Assembly (NCBI GenBank): GCA_031367385.1 | Contig: JANLPS010000402.1 | Span: 1-18,359 of the forward strand | Reading direction: 5' to 3' | Source of the DNA: Archangium sp. | GTDB lineage: Bacteria > Myxococcota > Myxococcia > Myxococcales > Myxococcaceae | Length of the DNA: 18,359 nucleotides | Shown here: positions 8,095 through 18,288 of the stretch, in pieces | Position numbering within the stretch: the stretch's first letter is position 1 | How the letters are laid out: each line of letters starts with the position of its first letter | Notes under the pieces: model-generated | Told to the model about the DNA's origin: nothing | Seen by the model: the letters and a program-made list of their open reading frames with translations, nothing else | Database searches by the model: none | Made by a program: the position numbers and the translations under genes

Positions 8095-8160
8095 CGAATG
8101 CTTTTGGGCGTTAACGCGCGAGTCAGATCGAGGCGCTGAGAGACACCGTGCGAAACTGAA
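8095..8160 (+). repeat. Degenerate direct repeat of the pntB 3' end (copy of 6376-6439)
   Basis: Exact CCGTGCGAAACTGAA at 6425-6439 and 8146-8160. Exact GATCGAGGCG at 6405-6414 and 8126-8135, with identical spacing to the 15-mer. Hand alignment gives about 52 matches over 68 columns with three small indels. Confidence 0.85.
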
Positions 8161-8166
8161 GGCCGC

Positions 8167-9234
8167 TCAGGCGATCGGCACCATCCACCCGTGGGGGTCG
8201 GGCTTGGTGCCGCGTTGAATGCCGCTGATGTGCTCGTAGAGCGTGGTGGCGACCGGGCCGGGCTTGCCGTCGTGAATCAGCACTGATTCGCCAGCGAATG
8301 ACAGCTCGCCGACCGGGCTGATCACCGCCGCGGTGCCGGTGCCGAAGACCTCTTTCAAGGTGCCCTCCGTGTGCGCCGCGCGCAGCTCTTTGACCGACAG
8401 CGGGCGCTCTTCGACGACCAGCGAGTGTTCTTTCGCAAGGGTGATCACCGAGTCGCGGGTCACCCCAGCGAGAATCGAGTCTGACAGGGGCGGGGTCACC
8501 AGGGTTTTGCCGATCAACACGAACAGGTTCATCGTGCCGACCTCCTCGACGAGATCGTGCTTCGCGCCGTCGAGCCAGAGCACCTGATCAAAGCCAAGCT
8601 TCTTGGCCTTCTGCGCGGCGTTGAGCGAGGCGGCGTAGTTGGCCCCGGCTTTGACGGCGCCCAGGCCACCGCGGGGCGCACGCACGTCGTGGGTCTCGAC
8701 CCAGATGCGCACGCACTTGAGGCCCTTGCCGCCGTAGTAGGCCCCGACTGGCGAGGCGATGATGAAGTAGCGGTAGGTGGTCGCGGGTCGCACGCCCAAG
8801 AACCCCTCGGTGGCGATCAGCGTCGGGCGCAAATAGAGCGAGGTGCCCTCAGCCTTCGGCACCCAATCGGCGTCGATTTGAGTCAGCACCTGCGCGGCGG
8901 CCAACATCTGGGCCTCTTCGGGGTGCGGCATGCTCAGGCGAGGCGCTCCAGCGGCCATGCGTCGAGCGTGCATCGACGGGCGAAACATTCGAATCACGCC
9001 GTCGTCGCCGCGAAAGGCCTTCGAGCCCTCGAACATCGCCTGGCCGTAGTGAAAAACGCCGGCGGCCGGGTCGATTTGAAACGGTGCGTACGGCTCGATT
9101 CGCGCGTCGTGCCACCCGGCCTTGGTCGTGTAGTCCATGGCGAAGAGGTGGTCCGTGAAGAACCGGCCGAAGCCCAGGTCGGCTTCAGGCGGCTTCTGCT
9201 TCGGAGACGAGGTTTTGCTGATCCGAATATCCAT
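8167..9234 (-). CDS. ilvE: Branched-chain amino acid aminotransferase
   Basis: LGFGRFFTDH, FHYGQAMFEG.KA, LYLRP, PLP lysine motif KAGANY, EEVGTMN, ILAGVTRDS and GTGTAAVISP. Start at ATG 9234 with GGAG upstream. Confidence 0.95.
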   Translation of the reverse strand: MDIRISKTSSPKQKPPEADLGFGRFFTDHLFAMDYTTKAGWHDARIEPYAPFQIDPAAGVFHYGQAMFEGSKAFRGDDGVIRMFRPSMHARRMAAGAPRLSMPHPEEAQMLAAAQVLTQIDADWVPKAEGTSLYLRPTLIATEGFLGVRPATTYRYFIIASPVGAYYGGKGLKCVRIWVETHDVRAPRGGLGAVKAGANYAASLNAAQKAKKLGFDQVLWLDGAKHDLVEEVGTMNLFVLIGKTLVTPPLSDSILAGVTRDSVITLAKEHSLVVEERPLSVKELRAAHTEGTLKEVFGTGTAAVISPVGELSFAGESVLIHDGKPGPVATTLYEHISGIQRGTKPDPHGWMVPIA

Positions 9235-9299
9235 GGCGACTCCAAGGCTCAGGCGAAGCAACCCCTTACAACGCGACAGGTTTCAAACAAGCGGTGTCT

Positions 9300-9796
9300 T
9301 CACTGAATGACGCCGAGCAGCGAGAGACCGAGAAGCACACTGAACAGGCCCACCAAGGTGATGATCGGCGGCAGCCAGACGTTCGCGCGCGTGACGCCCT
9401 GGGCCTTGAGCAGCTGCCACGAGGGTTGCCAGTCATTGCCAGCGATCACCGAATAGGTAATCGCGCCAGGCCACAGGAACATGTTGGGGATTTTGAGGAT
9501 CGACAGCATCACCAGGCTGTAAAACCCAATCAGCAGCGCCGCATGAATTGCGTACTTGCGAGCGGCGGTGCGATGCCCGAGCCGCGAGTAGTTCAGGCAG
9601 AGCAAGACGGCGGCGAGGGCTGGGTTGAGCAGACCTCCGACACCCTTGATGTAGCCCGCGGGCCAGAAGCGCACGGTGGTCGCGATGCGGGTGATGCACC
9701 CGTCGCACAGCTTTTGCGCGCCAAGTGCAGAGACCCGAGGCACGAACGCACCACAGCGCTCGCAAGTGACCATCGGCGGCGCGAGGCCTTCGACAC

Positions 9797-9803
<7 letters not shown>
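9300..9803 (-). CDS. Hypothetical membrane protein with N-terminal CxxC...CxxC (zinc-ribbon-like) motif
   Basis: ATG 9803 overlaps the sdaA stop. CERC-x16-CDGC is followed by several hydrophobic segments. The track's extension to 9989 overlaps sdaA and is unlikely. Confidence 0.65.
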
Positions 9804-11176
<1,373 letters not shown>

Positions 11177-11366
11177 GGCGAGCGCACAGCTATCACTTGC
11201 CGACGTTTGCTCCTGTTGAGAACCGATGGCGCAACGCGTTGGCATGGCACCAGGTTTCGCTCACTTCGCTGCCACGGTAGCGGGCAACCCCGCGAGACCG
11301 CGATCACCCCTACACGCACGCACCTTGCGGCACCTCTGCTCCGAGAACTCTGTATCGGAGGCAGTC

Positions 11367-11795
11367 ATGTCGGCAGTCACCATCGCGCGAGTCAAAGCAA
11401 CATTGAATGAATCAGCGGGCACGCGGTTCGAGCTGGCCCTGCAAGCGGTACTGATTCTCAACATTGGCGATGCAGTGCTGACGTCATGGTGGGTTGCCAC
11501 CGGTTGGGCCACTGAGGCGAACCCACTGATGAACCGTGTGCTCGAGCTTGGAATTGGCCCGTTTCTTTTCACCAAGGCGGTGATCGGCATGACCGCGGTG
11601 TTGATCTTGAAAGCGCACCAGAAGCACCTGCTCTCGAAGATCGGCCTGGTGGCGATTCTGGCCGCGTACCTCGCGGTGATTGGTCTTCACCTCTCGCACG
11701 GCGCGCACCGGCTCAACGAAGGCACGCTGATCGCCAGCATCGACGGCGATTCAGGCGACTTCAACGCCGCCGAGTTTCACCTCACGGGGCATTGA
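11367..11795 (+). CDS. Small membrane protein, DUF5658-like
   Basis: LN..DA.LT..W...G.A.EANPLM motif and hydrophobic helices. GGAGG at 11357-11361 supports ATG 11367. Confidence 0.7.
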   Translation: MSAVTIARVKATLNESAGTRFELALQAVLILNIGDAVLTSWWVATGWATEANPLMNRVLELGIGPFLFTKAVIGMTAVLILKAHQKHLLSKIGLVAILAAYLAVIGLHLSHGAHRLNEGTLIASIDGDSGDFNAAEFHLTGH

Positions 11796-12093
11796 GCACG
11801 AACACGATGTCTCCGCTGGTGCGGCTCATCGTGAGCCCACTGCTCGGAGGAAACTCCGCCAGCGCCTCGGCTCGCAGCTTCGGAGCGTGATCGCGTTCGT
11901 ACCGCGCGAACGCCTCGCGTGATTCGAACTGGTAACGACACTCGAGGTGCTTCGCGTCGAACTGAACCAGCTCGACCTTGCGCGCTCCGGCGGCGAGCAC
12001 GTCGGGCAAGTGCGTCGCTTGGAGCCACGCCGACCACGCAGCCAACGTCGCTTCGTGCTCGGCCTCTGATTTCACGGTGTAGGCAAAAGTCAT
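11782..12093 (-). CDS. DUF4286-like protein (dimeric alpha-beta barrel type)
   Basis: YTV...W.AWL...HLPDVLAAGA...RY.FESREAF.RYERDHAPKLRAE pattern. Start at ATG 12093. Confidence 0.7.
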   Translation of the reverse strand: MTFAYTVKSEAEHEATLAAWSAWLQATHLPDVLAAGARKVELVQFDAKHLECRYQFESREAFARYERDHAPKLRAEALAEFPPSSGLTMSRTSGDIVFVLNAP

Positions 12094-12194
12094 CTGCGCA
12101 GCCTGCCCCAAAACCCGTCTGTGCGGCTATGTACGTCGCTGTGGCGCCGCGCCAGAACCGTGCACGTGGTGGCTGCAGATGAAATGATGACCAG

Positions 12195-13745
12195 ATGCGG
12201 TTCTCTCTCATCGCCCTGCTCGTTTCGCTGTCGGCGATGGGTGCTCCGTCGCGCAAACCAGTCGTGGCGATCTTGCCAGCGTCATCGAGCGCGGAGTCGC
12301 TCTCGAAGCTCGGGCTGTTGATCGAAGCGCGGGCCTCCGAGCTGATTGAGAGCTCGGGCAAGACGAGCGAGCTGCACGTGCGCCAGGTGTTGGCGATGGC
12401 CGAGGCTGAGAGCCTCGACGCCGCGGCGTTGGCTGACCCGAAGAACCGGGCCCTCATTCGCTCGGCGTTGGGCGCAGATCAGCTCGTCGCGGTGAGCCTC
12501 GAGAGCAAGGGCACAGGGCTGCAATTGATCATCGAGTCGAGCGCGGGCAAGACCGCGACGGTGCAGCTGCCCGCGGCCTGGCCCGAGGCGCTGGTGCAAG
12601 GCAGCGAGGCCGTCGCGAAGGCGGTCACGGGAGTCGCGGTGAAGCGCGCTCCGACGCAGCCCGAGTCGAAGTCAGCCGACGCGCTGGTGGCGTTGGCCGA
12701 TTGCTACGCGGTCACGATTCGGCAGCCGATGGCGATTGAGACTCCGGCGGTGCTCGACCCGGGTGACATCGATGGAGCGATCGCCGCGTGCCGAAAGGCC
12801 GTCGAGGCCGACCCTTCGCTGCACTTCGCGCAAGCCACCCTCGCGTTGGCGCTGGCGATCAACGGAGACGATGCCGCCGCGGCCAAAGCGCTCAGCGGGC
12901 TGGCCGATGCCGATGACGTGGTCGAGCCCTACAGCCTGGCGCGGTTCTGGTTGCTCACCCGCTACCAGTCGAACGAAGCGGGCCTGGCGTACCTGCGCAG
13001 CATCGTGATCAAGCACCCCACAGAAGTCATCGCGCGCTTCGCGCTGGCCGAGACGCTCGCGCTGCTCAACGACAACGCGAAGGCGGTCGAGGCGTGGAAC
13101 GAGGTGCTGCAGCTGCTCCCGAATTCGCCCATCGTGTTGGGCCGCTTGAGCCGTGCGCAGGCCCGCGCGGGGAAGAAAGAAGAGTCGGTGGCGACGGCGA
13201 AGAAGGCCTTGGAGCTCGCTCCGCTGAGCCACGATGCGCGGTTGCAGTTGGCGAGCCGGTACATCGACGTGCAGCGACCCGATGAGGCGATCGCCACGCT
13301 CAAGCCGCTGACCGACGCCCGCGACCCTCGGGGCGAGCACCTGCTTCGCCTCGGCTGGGCGTACTGGCTCAAGGGTGATGCCGAGCGAGCGGCGACGTTT
13401 TTTCAGGCCGCGCTCGACCGGGCCACCGCGGCATCGGAGTGGCGTACGCGCGGCCGTTCTTTCTACAACCTGGCGTTGGTCGAGGCGAAGCGCGGGCACA
13501 CCGACGCGGCGCGGGTCGCGCTCAAGGCCTCACTGCAGACCGGGTTTCGCATGAAGGCGCTCGACACCTCGCTGATGAACGTCTCACGCGAGGTCGAGCG
13601 CACCAGCCAGGGCTTCGACGGCGGCAATCGGGTCTCGCTGGTGCCTCGCGAGTCGAGCCTGTTTCCCATCGACATGTTCGGTGAGCTCGAGCCGTTGGCG
13701 AAGAAGCCTCCGCCGCCCGAGGGTCTCGTGCTATTTCGTTTCTGA
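12195..13745 (+). CDS. Secreted tetratricopeptide-repeat protein
   Basis: Signal peptide MRFSLIALLVSLSAMGA, an N-terminal VVAILP strand, and TPR-like helices (AVEADP, LQLLPNSP, ALELAP, LGWAYW.KGD.E.A, FYNLALVEA..G). Confidence 0.85.
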   Translation: MRFSLIALLVSLSAMGAPSRKPVVAILPASSSAESLSKLGLLIEARASELIESSGKTSELHVRQVLAMAEAESLDAAALADPKNRALIRSALGADQLVAVSLESKGTGLQLIIESSAGKTATVQLPAAWPEALVQGSEAVAKAVTGVAVKRAPTQPESKSADALVALADCYAVTIRQPMAIETPAVLDPGDIDGAIAACRKAVEADPSLHFAQATLALALAINGDDAAAAKALSGLADADDVVEPYSLARFWLLTRYQSNEAGLAYLRSIVIKHPTEVIARFALAETLALLNDNAKAVEAWNEVLQLLPNSPIVLGRLSRAQARAGKKEESVATAKKALELAPLSHDARLQLASRYIDVQRPDEAIATLKPLTDARDPRGEHLLRLGWAYWLKGDAERAATFFQAALDRATAASEWRTRGRSFYNLALVEAKRGHTDAARVALKASLQTGFRMKALDTSLMNVSREVERTSQGFDGGNRVSLVPRESSLFPIDMFGELEPLAKKPPPPEGLVLFRF

Positions 13746-13749
13746 AGTG

Positions 13750-15138
13750 ATGGCCCTGCCCGACGGTTTTCTCGCTGCGCTCTCGCGCGATTTTCCTGCT
13801 GATTTCGGCTCGGTCGACGCCGCCGATCTCGCCACCTGGGGCCGCGACTGGACGAAGGTGTACGCGGCCGCGCCGTCGATGGTGGTCTGGCCTCGAACGA
13901 CCGACGAGGTCGCCAGGGTGGTCAAGCTCGCCAACACGTTCAACGTGGCGATCGTGCCCTCGGGTGGTCGCACCGGCCTCGCGGGCGGAGCGGTCGCCAA
14001 GAACGGCGAGGTGGTGGTCTCGCTCGATCGCATGCGCACGATGCACCCGATCGATGCGCTGGGCATGACCGTGCGGGTTCAAGCCGGGGCGATCACCGAA
14101 GCGGTGCATCAGTACTGCGCCCAAGCGGGCCTGTTCTGGCCAGTCGACTTCGCGTCGAAGGGCTCGAGCCAGGTGGGCGGCAACATCGCCACCAATGCGG
14201 GCGGCGTGCGGGTGATTCGCTACGGGCTGACCCGAAACTGGGTGCTGGGGCTCCAGGTGGTGACGCCGACGGGTGAGGTGCTCGAGCTCAATGGGTCGCT
14301 CGAGAAGAACAACACCGGCGTCGACCTGCGGCAGCTGTTCATCGGCTCCGAGGGCATTCTGGGCATCGTCACCGAGGCGACGCTCAAGCTGACGCGGCTG
14401 CCCGAGCACGTCGACGTGTTCTTGTTCGCGCTGAGCAGCTTGCAGGCGGTGCTCGACCTGTTCGCCGAGGCGCGCAGCGGGCCATTCACGGTGATGGCGT
14501 ACGAGTTCTTCACCGACCGGTGCGCAGGCCGCCTCGAGAAGCACCGCGCCATTCGGCCGCCCTTCGAGACCAAGGCCTCGCACTACGTGTTGCTCGAGGT
14601 CGAGAACTCGAAGCCGGGCGCGCTCGACGCGTGGCTGGGCTCGCTGTTCGAGCGCGGGTTGGTCACCGACGGCACGCTCGCCGCAGGGTCTGAGCAGCAG
14701 AAATTCTTGTGGAGCCTGCGAGAGGGCATCTCGGAGAGCCTCTCGGCCACGGGGCTGCCGCACAAGAACGACATTTCATTGCCGATTTCAGGGCTCTCGG
14801 CGTTCTGCGAAGCGCTCGAGGTGTTGCTGGCGCAGCGCTACCAAGGCTGGGAGCTGTGTCTGTTCGGGCACATCGGCGACGGCAACCTGCACGTGAACAT
14901 CATGAAGCCCGACGCGATGGAGAAAGCCGAGTTCTTCTCGAAGACCCATGCGGTCGACGCCGACATCTTCGACCTCGTGCGCAGGCATCACGGGAGCATC
15001 AGCGCCGAGCACGGCATCGGGTTGCTCAAGCGCGACTTTCTGGGCCATTCACGCAGCCCGGCGGAGATCGCGTTGATGCGGCAGCTGAAGACCGTGCTCG
15101 ACCCGAAGGGCCTGCTGAACCCGGGCAAGGTCCTCTAG
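13750..15138 (+). CDS. FAD-binding oxidoreductase (FAD_binding_4 plus FAD-oxidase C-terminal), D-2-hydroxyglutarate dehydrogenase-like
   Basis: GRDWT, PSGGRTGLAGGA, PVDFASKGSSQVGGNIATNAGG.RVIRYG.TRNWV, DLRQLFIGSEG.LG, FGHIGDGNLHVN, SISAEHGIG and DP.G.LNPGK. Start at ATG 13750, 4 nt after the TPR gene stop. Confidence 0.88.
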   Translation: MALPDGFLAALSRDFPADFGSVDAADLATWGRDWTKVYAAAPSMVVWPRTTDEVARVVKLANTFNVAIVPSGGRTGLAGGAVAKNGEVVVSLDRMRTMHPIDALGMTVRVQAGAITEAVHQYCAQAGLFWPVDFASKGSSQVGGNIATNAGGVRVIRYGLTRNWVLGLQVVTPTGEVLELNGSLEKNNTGVDLRQLFIGSEGILGIVTEATLKLTRLPEHVDVFLFALSSLQAVLDLFAEARSGPFTVMAYEFFTDRCAGRLEKHRAIRPPFETKASHYVLLEVENSKPGALDAWLGSLFERGLVTDGTLAAGSEQQKFLWSLREGISESLSATGLPHKNDISLPISGLSAFCEALEVLLAQRYQGWELCLFGHIGDGNLHVNIMKPDAMEKAEFFSKTHAVDADIFDLVRRHHGSISAEHGIGLLKRDFLGHSRSPAEIALMRQLKTVLDPKGLLNPGKVL

Positions 15139-15142
15139 TTTT

Positions 15143-15619
15143 TTACTTCTTCACGTAGTCGCCGCGGAGCGGACCCGAGGTGAGCGACAAGGTCTTGTCT
15201 TTAATCGAGTACGAGATCGACCCCGCCGAGACAGAGTCGCGCGAGTCGGCCATCGCTGCCTGGTTGTCGGCGTCGTTGACGCAGGCCTTTCGCTCGAGGG
15301 TCGACGCGCTCTTCCCGTTGAGCGTGAGCTTCCCCGCGCCGTCGGTGGAGTAGGTCATGCCGGTGACGGTGCGAATGGCGCTGCAGCGGGGGTACACGGC
15401 GGTGGCAGGCGCTGACTGCCTGGTGTCGATGAGGGTGAATTTGAGGTCGGTCTCGAAGCGCACGCTCAGCTCGCACGACTGAATGTCAGACGGCATGTTT
15501 TCGTCGCCGAAGCAGGTGGCGTTGGCCCACGTACCGGTGAGCGGGTCATCAGGGCCTTTGCCTCCGCAACCGATGAGAGAAAGAAGTGCTGCGAGTGGTA
15601 CCGCGATTCGAATCGTCAT
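15143..15619 (-). CDS. Hypothetical lipoprotein, beta-rich (lipocalin-like GTW motif)
   Basis: MTIRIAVPLAALLSLIG-C lipobox from ATG 15619, LTGTW motif, four further Cys, and terminal YSIKDKTLSLT. Confidence 0.75.
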   Translation of the reverse strand: MTIRIAVPLAALLSLIGCGGKGPDDPLTGTWANATCFGDENMPSDIQSCELSVRFETDLKFTLIDTRQSAPATAVYPRCSAIRTVTGMTYSTDGAGKLTLNGKSASTLERKACVNDADNQAAMADSRDSVSAGSISYSIKDKTLSLTSGPLRGDYVKK

Positions 15620-15670
15620 TTGGTCTGTCTGCCTTTGGGCCGGCCACACGGGTGCGTCGCGCAAGGCTTG

Positions 15671-15686
15671 TGCAAGCACCGAGCCC
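15671..15686 (-). promoter_or_regulatory. Possible sigma54 promoter for the lipoprotein gene
   Basis: Minus strand GGGCTCGGTGCTTGCA has GG-N10-GC spacing with TTGCA, about 50 nt upstream of ATG 15619. Confidence 0.35.
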
Positions 15687-15775
15687 TGCTCGTCGTCGCC
15701 TGTGGGTGCCCAACCTGCGCGCAGGAGCGCCCCGCCGTGGCGTCTCGGCACGCAGTTGCTGCAAGCCGTGGGGTG

Positions 15776-16984
15776 TCAGCTCAGCGCGCGCGCCTTGATG
15801 GTGGTCGGTAACTTGTGCAGCGCCTCGGTGACCTGCTTGGTCATCTGGGCATCGAGATCCATGATCAGGTAGCCGATGTCGGGGTTGGTCGAGAGCAGCT
15901 GCGCGTGAATGTTCGCGTTGGCATCGGCGATGACGCGGTTCACGTCGCGCAGCACGCCGGGCACGTTCTGGTGCACGTGAATCAAGCGATGCGTGGTCGG
16001 CGTGACGCCCAGCTCGACCTGGGGGAAGTTGACCGACCCCGCTGACGAGCCCGAGGTCACGTACTTCTCGAGGCTGGTCGCGACCTCTCGGCCGATCGCC
16101 TCTTGTGCTTCGAGCGTCGAGCCGCCGATGTGCGGGGTGAGAATCGTGTTCGGAGCCCCCTGCAGCACGGTCTTGAACCCCTCGGCCGTGTTGCCCTCTG
16201 GCTCCTCAGGGTAGACGTCGACCGCGGCCCCACCCAGCTGCCCGCTCTTGAGCGCGGCGGCGAGCGCCTCGAGGTCGACCACCGTGCCTCGGCTCGCGTT
16301 GATCAGACACGCGTCTTTTTTCATCTTCGCCAGCTGCGCTGCGCCGATCATGCCTCGGGTCTGCGGCGTCTCGGGCACGTGCAGGGTCACGAAGTCAGCC
16401 TGCGAGAGCACCTCATCGAGCTTGCTGAACGGTGCGTTGTTCGAGAGCGGCAGCTTGGTGCCCACGTCGAAGTAGGTGACCCGCATGCCGAAGAACTCGG
16501 CCAGCACGCCGACCTGCGAGCCGATGTGGCCGTACCCGACGATGCCGAGGGTCTTGCCGCGCACCTCGCGCGAGCCGGTGGCGAGCTTCTTCCACGTGCC
16601 TTTGTGCATCTCGGCGCTGCGGTCGCCGAGCTGGCGGCTGAGCATGATGATCTCGGCTAACACCATCTCGGCGACGCTGCGGGTGTTCGAGAACGGCGCG
16701 TTGAACACGCAGACCCCGCGCCGCATCGCTTCTTCGAGGGCGATCTGGTTGGTGCCGATGCAGAACGCGCCGATGGCCATCAGCTCTTTGGCCTCGGGCG
16801 AGTTGAGCACCCGCTTGGTGACGTTGGTCTTGCTGCGAATGCCGAGAATCTGAACGCCCGCGAGGTTCTTGATGAGCTCGTCTTCTTTGAGCGCTCCGTT
16901 GAGCCGGCGAATCGTGTACCCGCTGGCGATCAACTGCGCTTCAGCGACGGCGTGAATGTTCTCGAGCAACAAGACCGTGGTCAT
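15776..16984 (-). CDS. serA: D-3-phosphoglycerate dehydrogenase (E. coli type with C-terminal ACT domain)
   Basis: VLLLENIH, GIRSKT, FCIGTNQ, NAPFSNTRSVAE, GIVGYGHIGSQ, INASRG, TPHIGGST.EAQ and ACT motif H.NVPGVL. True start at ATG 16984 (402 aa), not 17749. Confidence 0.96.
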   Translation of the reverse strand: MTTVLLLENIHAVAEAQLIASGYTIRRLNGALKEDELIKNLAGVQILGIRSKTNVTKRVLNSPEAKELMAIGAFCIGTNQIALEEAMRRGVCVFNAPFSNTRSVAEMVLAEIIMLSRQLGDRSAEMHKGTWKKLATGSREVRGKTLGIVGYGHIGSQVGVLAEFFGMRVTYFDVGTKLPLSNNAPFSKLDEVLSQADFVTLHVPETPQTRGMIGAAQLAKMKKDACLINASRGTVVDLEALAAALKSGQLGGAAVDVYPEEPEGNTAEGFKTVLQGAPNTILTPHIGGSTLEAQEAIGREVATSLEKYVTSGSSAGSVNFPQVELGVTPTTHRLIHVHQNVPGVLRDVNRVIADANANIHAQLLSTNPDIGYLIMDLDAQMTKQVTEALHKLPTTIKARALS

Positions 16985-17071
16985 GCCTGACCAAATAGCG
17001 CGATGCGTCACGAGGTGCACGCTGAACAACGCGGTTGGTGACAGCCCATGGGCGTGGTTGCCTGTCGGCCC

Positions 17072-17605
17072 ATGCGCGTCTGGTGGGTGGTGGCGGTACT
17101 GGCGGTGTCTGGGTGCGCGAGAAAACACGCCTCTGCCGCCCAACCGGAGTGGAAGCAGCGGCCGCTCGTCGAAGCGGGTCTGAGCTTTCAGATGCCCTTC
17201 GAGCCGGTGCGCACGAACGAGACGATCAGAAACATCAAACAGACCACCGTGTACCACAGCGAGTACGCGGGCGCGCATTACTGGGTGTGGGTCTACGACG
17301 TGTCGAACATTCAGACCCGCATCGACGACGACGGGTTGCTGACCGCGATGATTCAGGCGGTGCTCAAGAGCGACCACGGCTTCGAGAAGCACCCCTTCAC
17401 GTTGGGCTCGCACTTCGGCGGTGAGCTCTCGGGGGCGATACAGGCGCGCCAGTACAAAGAAGCTCCTGAAGGTGGCTGGCTCGTGTGCCGAATGTTCGTC
17501 GACCCAAAAGCGAAGCGCGGCGTGATGTGGATGGGCGTCGCTCCGCCAGACCGCGCCGCTGACGCGCGAACGTTCGTCGAGTCGGCGCAAGACGAAGTGC
17601 CGTAG
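17072..17605 (+). CDS. Hypothetical lipoprotein
   Basis: MRVWWVVAVLAVSG-C lipobox from ATG 17072. GC3-rich codons. No recognised domain. Confidence 0.7.
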   Translation: MRVWWVVAVLAVSGCARKHASAAQPEWKQRPLVEAGLSFQMPFEPVRTNETIRNIKQTTVYHSEYAGAHYWVWVYDVSNIQTRIDDDGLLTAMIQAVLKSDHGFEKHPFTLGSHFGGELSGAIQARQYKEAPEGGWLVCRMFVDPKAKRGVMWMGVAPPDRAADARTFVESAQDEVP

Positions 17606-17736
17606 GCGGTTGCGAGTGTGTGCATGCCACTGCGCCGGTGTGCAGCGTCTTGCACGACGTCGGTGAAGCGTCGGTCGAGAACGACCCTGACGCCGCCACC
17701 TTGAACCTGGCCCGACCGCTGCTTTGAGTCGCGGCC

Positions 17737-18288
17737 GTGAACACACCAATCAAGCTGCTGGTGGCGTTGAGCGCAGTGGCGATTCTGCCCGCGTGTGAGC
17801 CACCGGACCTGAAATGGGGGGGCTGGCAAGACCTCGGCGGTCCGTCGAAGTCGAGTTACCTTCGCGTACTCCGAGGGCGAGCGGCCAATGACCTGTGGGC
17901 GGCCCGTGACGACGGCGACGTCTACCACTGGGACGGCAACTCATGGTCGTCAGCCGGCGATCTGTACGGCTACCACGAAGCGTATGACCTCCAGTTCATC
18001 GGCGGGTCGGCCATCTGGGTGGTGGGCGACCAGGCCGCCTACCGATCGGAAGATGGGGCTCCATTTCGCCGTGTTGACGCACTCACGCCCGCGACGTTCA
18101 GACGCGTTTGGGGTTTGAGCGCGGACGATCTGTGGGTTCAGTGGGAAGACGCCTCGGGACAAACAGGCGTGCTCCGGTGGAATGGTCAGGGGTGGCGTCA
18201 AGTGGCGGAGCCCTTCATACCCACGCGATCCGTATCGGGCCCTATGACGCAAGCGCTTGAGGGGGCTGATCGGCAAGCATCGGCTTGA
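17737..18288 (+). CDS. Lipoprotein with three WD40/YVTN/BNR-like beta-propeller blades, possibly truncated
   Basis: Lipobox-like AILPA-C. Repeats LRGRAANDLW...HWDGNSW, LQFIGGSAIWVVG...SEDGAPF and VWGLSADDLW...RWNGQGW. Confidence 0.65.
   Translation: MNTPIKLLVALSAVAILPACEPPDLKWGGWQDLGGPSKSSYLRVLRGRAANDLWAARDDGDVYHWDGNSWSSAGDLYGYHEAYDLQFIGGSAIWVVGDQAAYRSEDGAPFRRVDALTPATFRRVWGLSADDLWVQWEDASGQTGVLRWNGQGWRQVAEPFIPTRSVSGPMTQALEGADRQASA

Noticed and set aside
11177..11335. Riboswitch (c-di-GMP-I-like GGTAGCGGG, or glycine) or sigma54 site in the sdaA/DUF5658 intergenic region
   Set aside because: The 5' aptamer motifs are absent, and TGGCACCAGGTTTCGC has GG-to-GC spacing off by one.
16985..17749. 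255-aa N-terminal extension of SerA in the ORF track
   Set aside because: It is antisense to the 17072-17605 lipoprotein gene, and SerA homology starts at MTTVLLLENIH (ATG 16984).
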